Part shown: positions 42,949 to 52,394 of the stretch, in pieces
How the letters are laid out: each line of letters starts with the position of its first letter
How positions within the stretch are numbered: position 1 is the stretch's first letter
Source: Chromatiales bacterium
GTDB taxonomy: Bacteria > Pseudomonadota > Gammaproteobacteria > SZUA-152
Assembly (NCBI GenBank): GCA_026982475.1
Contig: JALSHB010000130.1
Coordinates: 1 to 62,290, forward strand
Length of the DNA stretch: 62,290 bases
Direction of reading: 5' to 3'
Program-made: the position numbers and the translations under genes
The notes under the pieces: model-generated
Databases searched by the model: none
Told to the model about the DNA's origin: nothing
What the model saw: only the letters and a program-made list of their open reading frames with translations

Positions 42949-43290
42949 ATGTTTAGGCCCAGGACACGCAGCCCTCACCGCACATTGCTCACCGCCGGCC
43001 TGCTCTACTGCGCCAGCGCATGGCTGCTTGCGGCCTCTGCCGCCAGCCCCGAGCAGGACGAGGCCGAGGACGAAGACAGCGCCGAAAACGGCGTCGTCAT
43101 CCAGTCACCCGGCCAGGAAACCATCAACGAATACCGCATCAACGGCAAGCTGTACATGATCCGCATCACCCCGCAGAAGGGCGCCCCCTACTACCTGGTC
43201 GACGCCGATGGCGACGGCGATCTGGAGACGCGCACCAACGAGCTGGCCCCCGATTTCCTCATCCCCTCCTGGGTCATTTTCAGCTGGTAA
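42949..43290 (+). CDS. DUF2782-like exported protein
   Basis: EYRING.LYMI.ITP..G.PYYLVD...IP.W..FSW; divergent from polA. Start uncertain. Confidence 0.8.
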   Translation: MFRPRTRSPHRTLLTAGLLYCASAWLLAASAASPEQDEAEDEDSAENGVVIQSPGQETINEYRINGKLYMIRITPQKGAPYYLVDADGDGDLETRTNELAPDFLIPSWVIFSW

Positions 43291-43327
43291 ACCCGCCGAT
43301 CACAACAAAACTGAATACACGCTGAAC

Positions 43328-43356
43328 TTGACAGCCTCTTTTCGCAATGGCATAAA
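43328..43356 (+). promoter_or_regulatory. Putative sigma70 promoter for the cytochrome c gene
   Basis: TTGACA-N17-CATAAA. Confidence 0.45.
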
Positions 43357-43538
43357 ACCGCCTTGGGTTTTGCTGTACGCGACTTCGTTACTCAGGAATC
43401 CCAAGCCCAGGAGAGATGACCGGCACGCCGAAGGCCGGCGTCAAACGCTACTCCAAAACATTAAACCGGGGAGGGGGGAAGGCAGCGCATCGCTCGCAGT
43501 TCCATTCCTGCCTACATCAATATTTAAGGGGAATACCT

Positions 43539-43853
43539 ATGAATGCAAAATGGTTGATTGCACCTGTCGCTGCTGCTGCACTGTTCGTTTCCGGCCAGGC
43601 TTCCGCCGACCTGGATCTGGCCAAGAAGAGCGGCTGCATGGCTTGCCACGGCATTGACAAAAAGATCGTTGGCCCATCGTGGAAGGACGTCGCCGCCAAG
43701 TACAAGGGCGATGCCAACGCCCGCGATCTGCTGATCGGCAAGGTCAAGAAGGGCGGCAAGGGCACCTGGGGTGCGGCACCTATGCCCCCCTACTCACCGC
43801 GCGTCTCTGATGCCAACATCGAAAAGCTGGTGGATTTCATTCTGGAGCTCTAA
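43539..43853 (+). CDS. Cytochrome c551/c552
   Basis: Signal peptide; CMACH, VGPS and WG..PMPP. Confidence 0.92.
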   Translation: MNAKWLIAPVAAAALFVSGQASADLDLAKKSGCMACHGIDKKIVGPSWKDVAAKYKGDANARDLLIGKVKKGGKGTWGAAPMPPYSPRVSDANIEKLVDFILEL

Positions 43854-43876
43854 ACCCGCAATCGCCTGATGGCAAT

Positions 43877-43909
43877 AAAAAAGGCCGGCACGCTGTGTCG
43901 GCCTTTTTT
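43877..43909. terminator. Intrinsic terminator
   Basis: aaaaaa-ggccggcac-gct-gtgtcggcc-tttttt. Confidence 0.85.
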
Positions 43910-44005
43910 ATTGCCCCGGCTTCGCCGCAACTTTCGCCACGCAGACAGGGCAAGGCGGCCACCGCCAGGCGCAAAGCCCGCAGTCACGCCCCCCCGGGCG
44001 CCGCT

Positions 44006-44218
44006 TTATGCACAATCCCGGGAAATCCCACACGAAACCTGACACTTCTGCCGAAAAAATGTCCCGCGACGCCTATTGACAATACTAACTCATTGTAATC
44101 TATGGATTTACCGTGGCGTTTAAATTTTGACCAATCCAACGGAATTCCAGCACTCACAAGCCCTGCGGCCCCTTCCCCCCATTTTATGCACAAAGTTATC
44201 CACAGCTTTTGTGGATAA
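44006..44218. promoter_or_regulatory. DnaA-box cluster with an IHF-like site
   Basis: TTATGCACA at 44006 and 44184, TTATCCACA at 44196, TGTGGATAA at 44210; TAActcaTTGTAA at 44086. Confidence 0.7.
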
Positions 44219-44325
44219 ACACACATCTGTCATATGGCCCAAGCAGTTAGCGCCCACATGCTAGAATCCGTGTGAGGTTTACAACCTAACTCTCCAGCCA
44301 TCACCCACAGAATCAGGGGCCTGAC

Positions 44326-45198
44326 ATGCCTGACTGGGCAACCATAGACCAGCACATCGGCGAAGCCACGGGGCAACCCTTCGCCACCCGTGACGCCCGA
44401 GCCGTCGGCGGTGGCTGCATCAACTCGGCCTACGTCCTGAGCGATGGCAAGCGCGGCTTTTTCATCAAACTCAATCACGCCGCCCGCCTGGCCATGTTCA
44501 AGGCCGAGGCCGAGGGGCTGAACGACATCCTGCACAGCCGCAGCATTCGCGCCCCGGCGCCGCTGTGCCACGGCGTGGCAGCGAACGAGGCCTATCTGGT
44601 GCTCGAGCACCTGCCCTTGGGCGGCCAGGGCAGCGCCGAACGACTGGGACGGGAGCTGGCGCAGATGCACCGCTGCCAGCACGAGCGCTTTGGCTGGCGG
44701 CGCGACAACACCATCGGCGCCACCCCGCAGATCAACACGGAGGAGACGGACTGGGTGCGTTTCTGGCAGCAACACCGCCTGGGCCACCAGCTGCGGCTGG
44801 CGGCGGAAAAGGGTGGCCACCTCGGCGCGCCGGCCGAGCAGCTGCTAGCCCGCACCGGCGACTTCTTCGGCGACGACCAGCCGCGCCCCAGCCTGCTGCA
44901 CGGCGACCTCTGGTCCGGCAACCACGCCTACACCGAAGACGGACAGCCGGTGATCTTCGACCCGGCCGTCTATTACGGCGACCGCGAGACCGACCTCGCC
45001 ATGACCGAGCTGTTCGGCGGCTTCCCGCCCACCTTCTATGCCGCCTATGAGGAGGCCTGGCCGCTGGATCCCGGCTATGCCACCCGCAAGACCCTCTACA
45101 ACCTCTATCACATCCTCAATCACTTCAACCTGTTCGGCGGCGGCTATCTCGAGCAGGCGCGGCACATGATCGCGCAATTACTGAGCGAAGTACGCTGA
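44326..45198 (+). CDS. Fructosamine kinase family protein
   Basis: Motifs GGGCIN, FFIK, LLHGDLWSGN, FDPA.Y.GDRE.DLA and LNHFNLFG. Confidence 0.92.
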   Translation: MPDWATIDQHIGEATGQPFATRDARAVGGGCINSAYVLSDGKRGFFIKLNHAARLAMFKAEAEGLNDILHSRSIRAPAPLCHGVAANEAYLVLEHLPLGGQGSAERLGRELAQMHRCQHERFGWRRDNTIGATPQINTEETDWVRFWQQHRLGHQLRLAAEKGGHLGAPAEQLLARTGDFFGDDQPRPSLLHGDLWSGNHAYTEDGQPVIFDPAVYYGDRETDLAMTELFGGFPPTFYAAYEEAWPLDPGYATRKTLYNLYHILNHFNLFGGGYLEQARHMIAQLLSEVR

Positions 45199-45256
45199 CA
45201 TCCGCCAGTACGCGCATTAGAATGCAGGGATCCACCGAGCCGAGCCGCGGAACGCC

Positions 45257-46105
45257 ATGCCCACCACCCTCATCCACTCTGCCGAGCTGAACAGCGAGCA
45301 GCGCGCCACCCTGAGCGAACGCCTGGGCGGCGAGCCGCGGCCCTGCGGCAGCCATTTCCGCCTCCAGCACGACAACGCCCTGGATCACACCGCCCTAGAG
45401 GCCCTGCGCGCCGAGCTGCATCTGGACATCAACACCCTGCCCAGCGACTTCGACCCGGCCCGCGTCGGCCTGCTGATCACGGACATGGACTCCACCCTCA
45501 TCAGCATCGAGTGCGTGGACGAAATCGCCGACTTCGTCGGCGTCAAGCCACAGGTGGCCGCCATCACCGAGGCCGCCATGCGCGGCGAAATCGACTTCGA
45601 GGCCTCGCTGCGCCGGCGCGTCGCACTGCTGGAGGGCCTCAACACCGCGGCCCTGCAGCGGGTCTACGATGAACGCCTGCGCCTCAACCCCGGCGCCGAG
45701 GAACTGATCGCCGGCCTCAAGGCGCGCGACATCAAACTGGCCCTGGTGTCCGGCGGCTTCACCTTTTTCACCGACCGCCTGAAGGCGCGCCTGGCGCTGG
45801 ATTTCACCCTCGCCAACATCCTCGCCGAGAAGGACGGCAAGCTGCTGGGCACGGTAGAGGGCGCCATCGTCGGCGCCGAGGCCAAGGCCACCTACCTCAC
45901 CGCCCTCTGTCACGAACTGGACATCCACCCCGCGCAGGTGGTGGCCATGGGCGACGGCGCCAACGACCTGAAGATGCTCGCCGCGGCCGGCCTCGGCGTG
46001 GCCTATCACGCCAAGCCCGCGGTGCGCGCCCAGGCCGATGCCGCCCTCCACCACCGGGGGCTGGACGCGGTGCTGGACATGCTCTGGACCGGAGACGAGT
46101 GCTGA
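45257..46105 (+). CDS. serB: Phosphoserine phosphatase
   Basis: Motifs DMDSTLI..EC.DE, VSGGF and GDGANDL. Confidence 0.95.
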   Translation: MPTTLIHSAELNSEQRATLSERLGGEPRPCGSHFRLQHDNALDHTALEALRAELHLDINTLPSDFDPARVGLLITDMDSTLISIECVDEIADFVGVKPQVAAITEAAMRGEIDFEASLRRRVALLEGLNTAALQRVYDERLRLNPGAEELIAGLKARDIKLALVSGGFTFFTDRLKARLALDFTLANILAEKDGKLLGTVEGAIVGAEAKATYLTALCHELDIHPAQVVAMGDGANDLKMLAAAGLGVAYHAKPAVRAQADAALHHRGLDAVLDMLWTGDEC

Positions 46106-47241
46106 TGCGGACCCGGCGCATCGGCGCGGCGCTGGTCGGCCTCGGCCTGCTGGCTGGCGCCGGCGCCAGCCAGGCCCAGCCCTTTGGCGTCTTCGACGTG
46201 CGCGCCGCTGGCATGGGCGGCGTCGGCGTCGCCACCGGCGCCCGCTACGCCACCTTCAACAATCCCGCCCTGCTGACCACCGCCGAGGAACAACGTGAAT
46301 GGTTTCTGATGGCCCCTGCCATGGGCCGCCAGCGCGGCGATCCCGACAAACTGGAAGACAACCTGTCCAGCTTCCAACAGGCCGCTGACCGCCTGGACGC
46401 AAACCCCACCATCGTCAACCGCGATGCCGTGCTGGCCCGCCTCAGTATCATGGATGGCGACATTTACCGGGAAGGCGGCAACAATGCCCTCCTGCTCGCC
46501 ATTCCCGGCCGGCTGCTCAGTGGCGCGGCCTACATCCACAGCTACGACTGGGCCACAGCCCGCGCCAGCATCAGGAACGACAACCTGAGCGATCCCACCA
46601 ACCCGCAATACAGCTCCCGCATCGAACACCGCGGCGCCCGCGTTCTGGAAAACGGCGTTAGCGCGGCCAAGTCCATCAGCGGCGCCGGCTGGCGTCGCCA
46701 GATGGCCGTCGGCTTCAATCTCAAGTTCCTCTTTGTCGAGGGCTATGGCTACACTGAAGATATCCGCACGGCGAAACCCCGCATTGACCGCAACCAGTAC
46801 AGCAGCGGCGCCGCCTTCAATGTGGACGTTGGTCTCGTCAAGGAGTTCGGCGTATGGAAACTGGGCCTGATGGCCAAGAACCTGCTTGCCGGCAGCTTTG
46901 AATACGGTGACACGGGCGACACCTTCGACATCGGCCCGCAGCTGCGCGCCGGCTTTGCCTACCAGAGCCGGCGCACGGTGCTCGAACTGAATCTCGACCT
47001 GATGCGCAACCAGGCCGCCGGCTACGACTCCGCCACCCAGATGCTCTCGCTGGGCACGGAATTCAAGCCCTGGCGCTGGCTTGCCCTGCGTGCCGGTTAC
47101 CAACAGAACCTCACCGGCACCCAGGCCGGCGCCGCCTCATTGGGCATGGGCCTGGAGATTGGCTTTCTCTCCCTGGATGCCGCGGGATCCTACAGTGAGG
47201 AGCAGATCGGCGCCCATGCCCAGCTCGGCTTCCAGTTCTGA
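46105..47241 (+). CDS. TraF-like outer-membrane beta-barrel protein
   Basis: Signal peptide; RAAGMGG...NNPA N-terminus; PQLRAG and LRAGY; C-terminal Phe. Confidence 0.7.
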   Translation: MRTRRIGAALVGLGLLAGAGASQAQPFGVFDVRAAGMGGVGVATGARYATFNNPALLTTAEEQREWFLMAPAMGRQRGDPDKLEDNLSSFQQAADRLDANPTIVNRDAVLARLSIMDGDIYREGGNNALLLAIPGRLLSGAAYIHSYDWATARASIRNDNLSDPTNPQYSSRIEHRGARVLENGVSAAKSISGAGWRRQMAVGFNLKFLFVEGYGYTEDIRTAKPRIDRNQYSSGAAFNVDVGLVKEFGVWKLGLMAKNLLAGSFEYGDTGDTFDIGPQLRAGFAYQSRRTVLELNLDLMRNQAAGYDSATQMLSLGTEFKPWRWLALRAGYQQNLTGTQAGAASLGMGLEIGFLSLDAAGSYSEEQIGAHAQLGFQF

Positions 47242-47254
47242 ATATCGAGAAAGG

Positions 47255-48640
47255 TCAGAACGACAACGCAAGCCCCATGTTGAGCATCGCACCGCGCGGC
47301 ACCGTGGTGCCGTCGATGGTGACATCGTTCAGGGCCATGGCCAGGTCGATATTGAAGGCCTTGAACAGGGTGGCGCCGAGGGTGACGTAGTTCATCTTCT
47401 CGCCGGCCAGATTGCCGCGGTAGCCGACCCGGGCGCCCGGAATCCACCAGCTGTCGGTCAGATAGGCCGCGCTCAGTGTCGCCCACTGATAGTCGTCGCC
47501 GAAGGGGTCGGGAACGGCATTGGCGTCCAGGCCGGCATTGAGGGCCCAGCGGCGATTGGTGGAAAACAGCGCCGCCTCCAGCTTCAGCTGGGCCTCCATG
47601 GTGTAGACATAGTCCTGGCCCAGCAGGCGGGCAATGGCGCCGTTCGAATAGGCCGAGACATCCAGGCCGGGGAAGGTGAACTTGGGCGAATTGAGGTTCA
47701 TCACCGTGGCGCCCAGGCGGTAATTCTCGCTGACCCACAGCACCCCCAGGTCGAGACCGAAGCGGCTGTCGTAATTGAACTCGGCGTCACGGATATCCTG
47801 AAACAGCTGCTCGGCATCGCTCAGGTTGCCCAGCCGGGTCGCCGTTTGCGCCAGCCCCACCTTGTAATACTTGGCGCGCAGACCGCCGAACAGGCCGCCC
47901 TGCTCACGCTTCATCAACTGCCGGCTGTAGCCCAGGGCCAGCTCACCGATACCGGCGGCACGGGTCTGCAGGGTGGTGTCGTTGTTGACCGTCACCGTCT
48001 GCGCATTGATATCCAGCGATACCTCGCCCAGGTTGATGGGACTGACACCGTCCCAGGTCGTGAGCTGGCTCACCACCGTGGAATAATCGATGTCGATATT
48101 GTCGTGGATCTCGTTGGCCTTGGAGATCACCGAGGCGCTGGCATCGAACACCAGGGCGCCGCCGAGAAAATCATTCCCCACCACCACCGGCATCAGCGGC
48201 AGATTCATGGAGCCGAAGACCTTGCCGTAGCCATCGGCGGCCACCGTGGCGAGCACCCCATTGAGATCCGCCACCGGCACATCGATGGCATTCTGGATGG
48301 CCGCGGCATCGGCCACGGGATTCCCCGTCAGGGTCGGCACGGTCACCGCCAGGCCGCTGGAATAGGCCTGGGCCTTCTCATCGATGACATTGAAGATGTT
48401 GTCCACCTGGCCGTATTCGATGCCGAGGCCGATGTTGCTGATGAGGCCGAACTGCACCTGCGCGCCATCACGCTCCAGCTGCACGGCGCTGGCGGCGGGA
48501 TTGGTGATGTCCGACATGATGGACTGGCTGTTGCTGACGTCGCCATACGTCAGATTGGCCCCCGGCGGATGATAGACCGGCGCGGCATGGATGGCCGACG
48601 CGGCAACCGTCAGCGTCAGGATATAGAACAGGCGTTTCAT
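47255..48640 (-). CDS. TraF-like outer-membrane beta-barrel protein
   Basis: Signal peptide; PVYHPPG.NLTYG...NPA, DLG.LW...N.NSP and RVGY; C-terminal Phe. Confidence 0.65.
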   Translation of the reverse strand: MKRLFYILTLTVAASAIHAAPVYHPPGANLTYGDVSNSQSIMSDITNPAASAVQLERDGAQVQFGLISNIGLGIEYGQVDNIFNVIDEKAQAYSSGLAVTVPTLTGNPVADAAAIQNAIDVPVADLNGVLATVAADGYGKVFGSMNLPLMPVVVGNDFLGGALVFDASASVISKANEIHDNIDIDYSTVVSQLTTWDGVSPINLGEVSLDINAQTVTVNNDTTLQTRAAGIGELALGYSRQLMKREQGGLFGGLRAKYYKVGLAQTATRLGNLSDAEQLFQDIRDAEFNYDSRFGLDLGVLWVSENYRLGATVMNLNSPKFTFPGLDVSAYSNGAIARLLGQDYVYTMEAQLKLEAALFSTNRRWALNAGLDANAVPDPFGDDYQWATLSAAYLTDSWWIPGARVGYRGNLAGEKMNYVTLGATLFKAFNIDLAMALNDVTIDGTTVPRGAMLNMGLALSF

Positions 48641-48819
48641 GCAAATCTCCCTTGAATAATCTGGCAGCCCAACATCACCCAGCCCATCGACCGCCGCGGG
48701 TCACAACTTTAGTCACTGCAGTTGGCTGTCGATAGTCTGTGAGGACATGCACCTGAATCCGCAGGTCCAGGATACACAGACTAGCTGGCCCATGGACGGC
48801 CCCCAAAGGATCCCCCACG

Positions 48820-50337
48820 ATGCCGGAGCAAAAACGCGAACAGACCCTGCAGCGCGTGCAGCAACGCCTGCAGGAAATGGGCGACATGCCCATCTTCAGC
48901 GCCAGCGTCAACCGCATCCATCGCGTCGGCGCCGATCCCGATGCCGACGCCATGGCCCTGGCGGTGGAGATCCTCAAGGACGCCAATCTCAGCGCCAAGG
49001 TGCTGAAGCTGGCCAACTCCCCCTTGCACAATCGCAGCCGGGTCCGCATCGGCAACCTGTCGCGGGCGGTGGTGGTGCTGGGCTTCGAGACCGTGCGCAG
49101 CGCGGTGCTGACCCTCAAGCTCATCGACAGCTTCCAGCAGCGCAACCCCGAGGTGGACATCACCGGCCTGCTGGTCAGCGCCTATCTCAGCGCCACCTTC
49201 GTGCGCGGCATCGCCAGCCGCTGCGAGGTGCGCGATATCGAACAGAGTTACATCTGCGGCCTGCTGCACAATCTTGGCGAGGTGGCCGTCGCCTGCACCC
49301 TGCCGCAGGAATACCGGCGCATACTCAGTCTGCAACGGGAGGAGCAACTGCCGCGCCAGAAGGCCGAAATCCGTCAGCTGGGTGCCACCCTGCACGACCT
49401 CGGCCAGGCCATCGCCAACGACTGGGAGTTCCCGAAAAACGTGGTGCAGACCCTGGGCGCCAGGCAGCGCAACCGCGACGGCCCGATCCGCAACCAGACC
49501 GAACTCACCGGCGCCCTGGCCGCGCTGTCGGCGCAGACCATGAATCTGCTCTACGCCGAACACCCCGATGACGACAAGACGCTGCCCGAGCTGCTCTACG
49601 AGCTGTCGCGCGTCGCCGGGATCAAAAAGGAACAGGTCAGCGAGGCCCTGGAACAGGCCTTCCGCCAGTGCTGCGACATGGCCCAGGCCTATGGCCTCGA
49701 CCGCCGCCACCTGACCCCGCGCCTGCGCGGCGGCAAGGACGAATCCCTCGACAAGCTGGCGCGCCAGTTCTCCTTTTACGCCCGCCAGGAGCTGCCGGAC
49801 ACGGAAGCCGCCGGCTCCCCGGCCGCCGAGGCCGCCGGCAATCCCGCACGGCTGCTCGATTGCCTCTACGAGATCACCACCCTGATGTCACAACAGGCCA
49901 GCATCAACACCATCTTCGCCAAGGTGCTGGACGGCCTGCATCGGGGCGCCGGCTTCGACCGGGCCCTGCTCTGCCTGCTCAGCCCGGATCACCGCCGCTA
50001 TGCCGGGCGTCTGGCCGCCGGAGAGGGCGCCGAGGCGCTGATGGCCCAGTGCCAGTTTCCGCTGGCCCCCGCCGACGACCTGTTCTCGCGCCTCATCATC
50101 GAAGGCGGGGAACGACGCGTGGACATCCACCAGGACGACTGGCCACTGCCGGCAGACTTCGCCCGCATCAGCGGCGCGGACAGCTTCCTCATCGCCGCCC
50201 TGCACGGTCGCCAGCAGCGGCCGGTGGGCCTGTTCTACGCCGACCGTGCCCGCAGCCACCGCGTCATCGACGACGAGGCCCAACGCAACTTCCGCCAGTT
50301 GGTGGCCCAGGCACAGCTGGCCCTGCAGATGCGCTGA
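48820..50337 (+). CDS. HDOD-domain signalling protein with a C-terminal GAF-like domain
   Basis: Motifs ILKD.NLSAKVLKLANS, AVVVLG, GLLHNLG and WEFP; C-terminal PVGLFYAD. Confidence 0.85.
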   Translation: MPEQKREQTLQRVQQRLQEMGDMPIFSASVNRIHRVGADPDADAMALAVEILKDANLSAKVLKLANSPLHNRSRVRIGNLSRAVVVLGFETVRSAVLTLKLIDSFQQRNPEVDITGLLVSAYLSATFVRGIASRCEVRDIEQSYICGLLHNLGEVAVACTLPQEYRRILSLQREEQLPRQKAEIRQLGATLHDLGQAIANDWEFPKNVVQTLGARQRNRDGPIRNQTELTGALAALSAQTMNLLYAEHPDDDKTLPELLYELSRVAGIKKEQVSEALEQAFRQCCDMAQAYGLDRRHLTPRLRGGKDESLDKLARQFSFYARQELPDTEAAGSPAAEAAGNPARLLDCLYEITTLMSQQASINTIFAKVLDGLHRGAGFDRALLCLLSPDHRRYAGRLAAGEGAEALMAQCQFPLAPADDLFSRLIIEGGERRVDIHQDDWPLPADFARISGADSFLIAALHGRQQRPVGLFYADRARSHRVIDDEAQRNFRQLVAQAQLALQMR

Positions 50338-50350
50338 GGCCTTAAGATAA

Positions 50351-50407
50351 TTGCGGCTTCAGCCGCTCCCACAATCCATTGGCATCGCGGGCGTGGCCCG
50401 CTCCTGC
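50351..50407. repeat. REP elements
   Basis: gcggcttcagccgctcccaca and tcgcgggcgtggcccgctcctgc. Confidence 0.65.
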
Positions 50408-50486
50408 CCCCGTCGAACAAGTCAACACGGCAAGCGGCGCGGATTTGCGGTAGAATGCCGGCGTTTTTCGACCCGGAACCCCGCCC

Positions 50487-51008
50487 TTGCAGCCGACCCT
50501 CAAACGCCTCATCACGGCCATCGAATGCATCAGCGAGTGGAGCGGCCGCGCCGTGGCCTGGCTGGTGCTGGCGATGGTGCTGGTGATCATCTACGACGTG
50601 ACCATGCGCTATGCGTTCCAGACCGGCTCGGTGGCCTTGCAGGAGCTGGAATGGCACCTGTTCGCGCTGCTGTTCCTGCTCGGCGCCGCCTATACCCTCA
50701 AACACGACGGCCATGTGCGGGTGGACATCTTCTACAACAGCCGGTGGATGACCGATCGCCGCCGCGCCATGATCGACCTGTTTGGCGGCCTGTTCCTGCT
50801 CGTGCCCTTCTGCCTGATGATCATCATCGCTTCGCTGCCCTTCGTCGCCAACAGCTTTGGCATGGGCGAGGGCTCGCCCGACCCCGGCGGCCTGCCCCAT
50901 CGCTTCCTGCTCAAGGCGGCGATCCCCGTGGGCTTCAGCCTGCTGCTGCTGCAGGGCGTGGCCAGCATGCTGCGCGCCCTCTGCCTACTTCTGGAGAAAC
51001 GCCAGTGA
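50487..51008 (+). CDS. TRAP transporter small permease (DctQ)
   Basis: Motifs QELEWHL, HVRVDI and EGSPDPGG; four TM helices; TTG start. Confidence 0.9.
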   Translation: MQPTLKRLITAIECISEWSGRAVAWLVLAMVLVIIYDVTMRYAFQTGSVALQELEWHLFALLFLLGAAYTLKHDGHVRVDIFYNSRWMTDRRRAMIDLFGGLFLLVPFCLMIIIASLPFVANSFGMGEGSPDPGGLPHRFLLKAAIPVGFSLLLLQGVASMLRALCLLLEKRQ

Positions 51009-52321
51009 CGGAGATCTGGGCGCTGGTCATGCTCGCCACCGCCGTGGGCCTGCTGCTGCTGGGCTACCCGGTGGCCTTCACCCTGGGCGCGGTGTCGCTG
51101 CTGTTTGGCGGCGTGCTGCTGGGCCTCGACTTCTTCGCCCTGCTGCCCCTGCGCATCTGGGGCATCATGACCAACTTCACCCTGCTGGCGGTGCCGCTGT
51201 TCGTGTTCATGGGCATCGTGCTGGAAAAATCCGGCCTGGCGGAAGAGCTGCTGGAGACCATGAGCCGCCTGTTCGGCCAGCTGCGCGGCGGCATGGGCGT
51301 GTCCATCGTCCTGGTCGGCGCCCTGCTGGCCGCCACCACCGGCGTGGTGGGGGCGACGGTGGTGACCATGGCGGTGATCGCCCTGCCGGTGATGCTGCGC
51401 CACGGCTACAAGCCGGAGCTGGCCACCGGCGCCATCGCCGCCTCCGGCACCCTGGGGCAGATCGTGCCGCCGAGCATCGTGCTGATCCTGCTCGGCGACA
51501 TCATCGGCGTGCCGGTGGGCAAGCTGTTCATGGCCGCGGTGACGCCGGGACTGGTGCTCATCACGCTGTTCATTCTCTACATCCTGCTGGTCGCCAAGTG
51601 GCGCCCCGAGGTGGCCCCGGCGCTGCCGAAAAAGGACGGCGACGGCCCCCTGCTGCCGCAGGTCATCAAGAGCCTGCTGCCGCCGCTGGCGCTGATATTT
51701 GCCGTGCTCGGCTCCATCTTCTTCGGCGTCGCCTCACCCACCGAATCGGCCGCCGTGGGCGCGCTGGGCGCCATGCTGCTGGCCGCCGTCCATCGCCGCC
51801 TGAACCTGAAAAATCTGCGCAGCGCCATGCGCAGCACCACGCGCATGACCAGCATGGTGTTCCTCATCCTCATCGGCGCCACCGCCTTCGGGCTGGTGTT
51901 CAGCGGTCTCGGCGGCGACGACCTGGTGCACGAACTGATGACCAGCCTGCCCGGTGGCCAGTGGGGCTTCCTGCTCGTCAGCATGCTGATCATCTTCATC
52001 CTGGGCTTCTTCCTCGACTTCATCGAGATCAGCTTCATCGTGGTGCCCATCCTCGCCCCCATCGCCATCTACCTGGGGGTGGACCCGCTGTGGTTCGCCG
52101 TGCTCATCGCGCTGAACCTGCAAACCTCCTTCCTCACCCCGCCCTTCGGCTTTTCGCTGTTCTATCTCAAGGCCGCGGCGCCGCCGGAGGTGCGCATGCC
52201 GCAGATCTACCGCGGCATCCTGCCCTTCGTCGCCATCCAGCTCGCAGGGCTGGCCATGGTGGCGCTGTTCCCGCAGATCGCCCTGTGGCTGCCGGCGCTG
52301 ATGGACCAGCTGGCGCGCTGA
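51005..52321 (+). CDS. TRAP transporter large permease (DctM)
   Basis: Motifs GYPVAF, GTLGQIVPPS, TPPFG and WLP; GTGA overlap with dctQ. Confidence 0.93.
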   Translation: MTEIWALVMLATAVGLLLLGYPVAFTLGAVSLLFGGVLLGLDFFALLPLRIWGIMTNFTLLAVPLFVFMGIVLEKSGLAEELLETMSRLFGQLRGGMGVSIVLVGALLAATTGVVGATVVTMAVIALPVMLRHGYKPELATGAIAASGTLGQIVPPSIVLILLGDIIGVPVGKLFMAAVTPGLVLITLFILYILLVAKWRPEVAPALPKKDGDGPLLPQVIKSLLPPLALIFAVLGSIFFGVASPTESAAVGALGAMLLAAVHRRLNLKNLRSAMRSTTRMTSMVFLILIGATAFGLVFSGLGGDDLVHELMTSLPGGQWGFLLVSMLIIFILGFFLDFIEISFIVVPILAPIAIYLGVDPLWFAVLIALNLQTSFLTPPFGFSLFYLKAAAPPEVRMPQIYRGILPFVAIQLAGLAMVALFPQIALWLPALMDQLAR

Positions 52322-52394
52322 TCCACACCACGGTAAAGATCGAGAAACACCCGCCGATAGTCTGCACATTCCCCGCGCGCCAAAGGAGGGCGCC

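Noticed and set aside
43405-43445. Glycine riboswitch (GGAGAGA...CGCCGAAGG)
   Set aside because: The downstream GCAA and CUCUCAGG aptamer elements are missing, and the downstream gene is unrelated to glycine.
43950-44320. Chromosomal origin oriC
   Set aside because: No dnaA, gidA or rpmH is nearby, no clear unwinding-element repeats are seen, and the boxes are few and tightly clustered.
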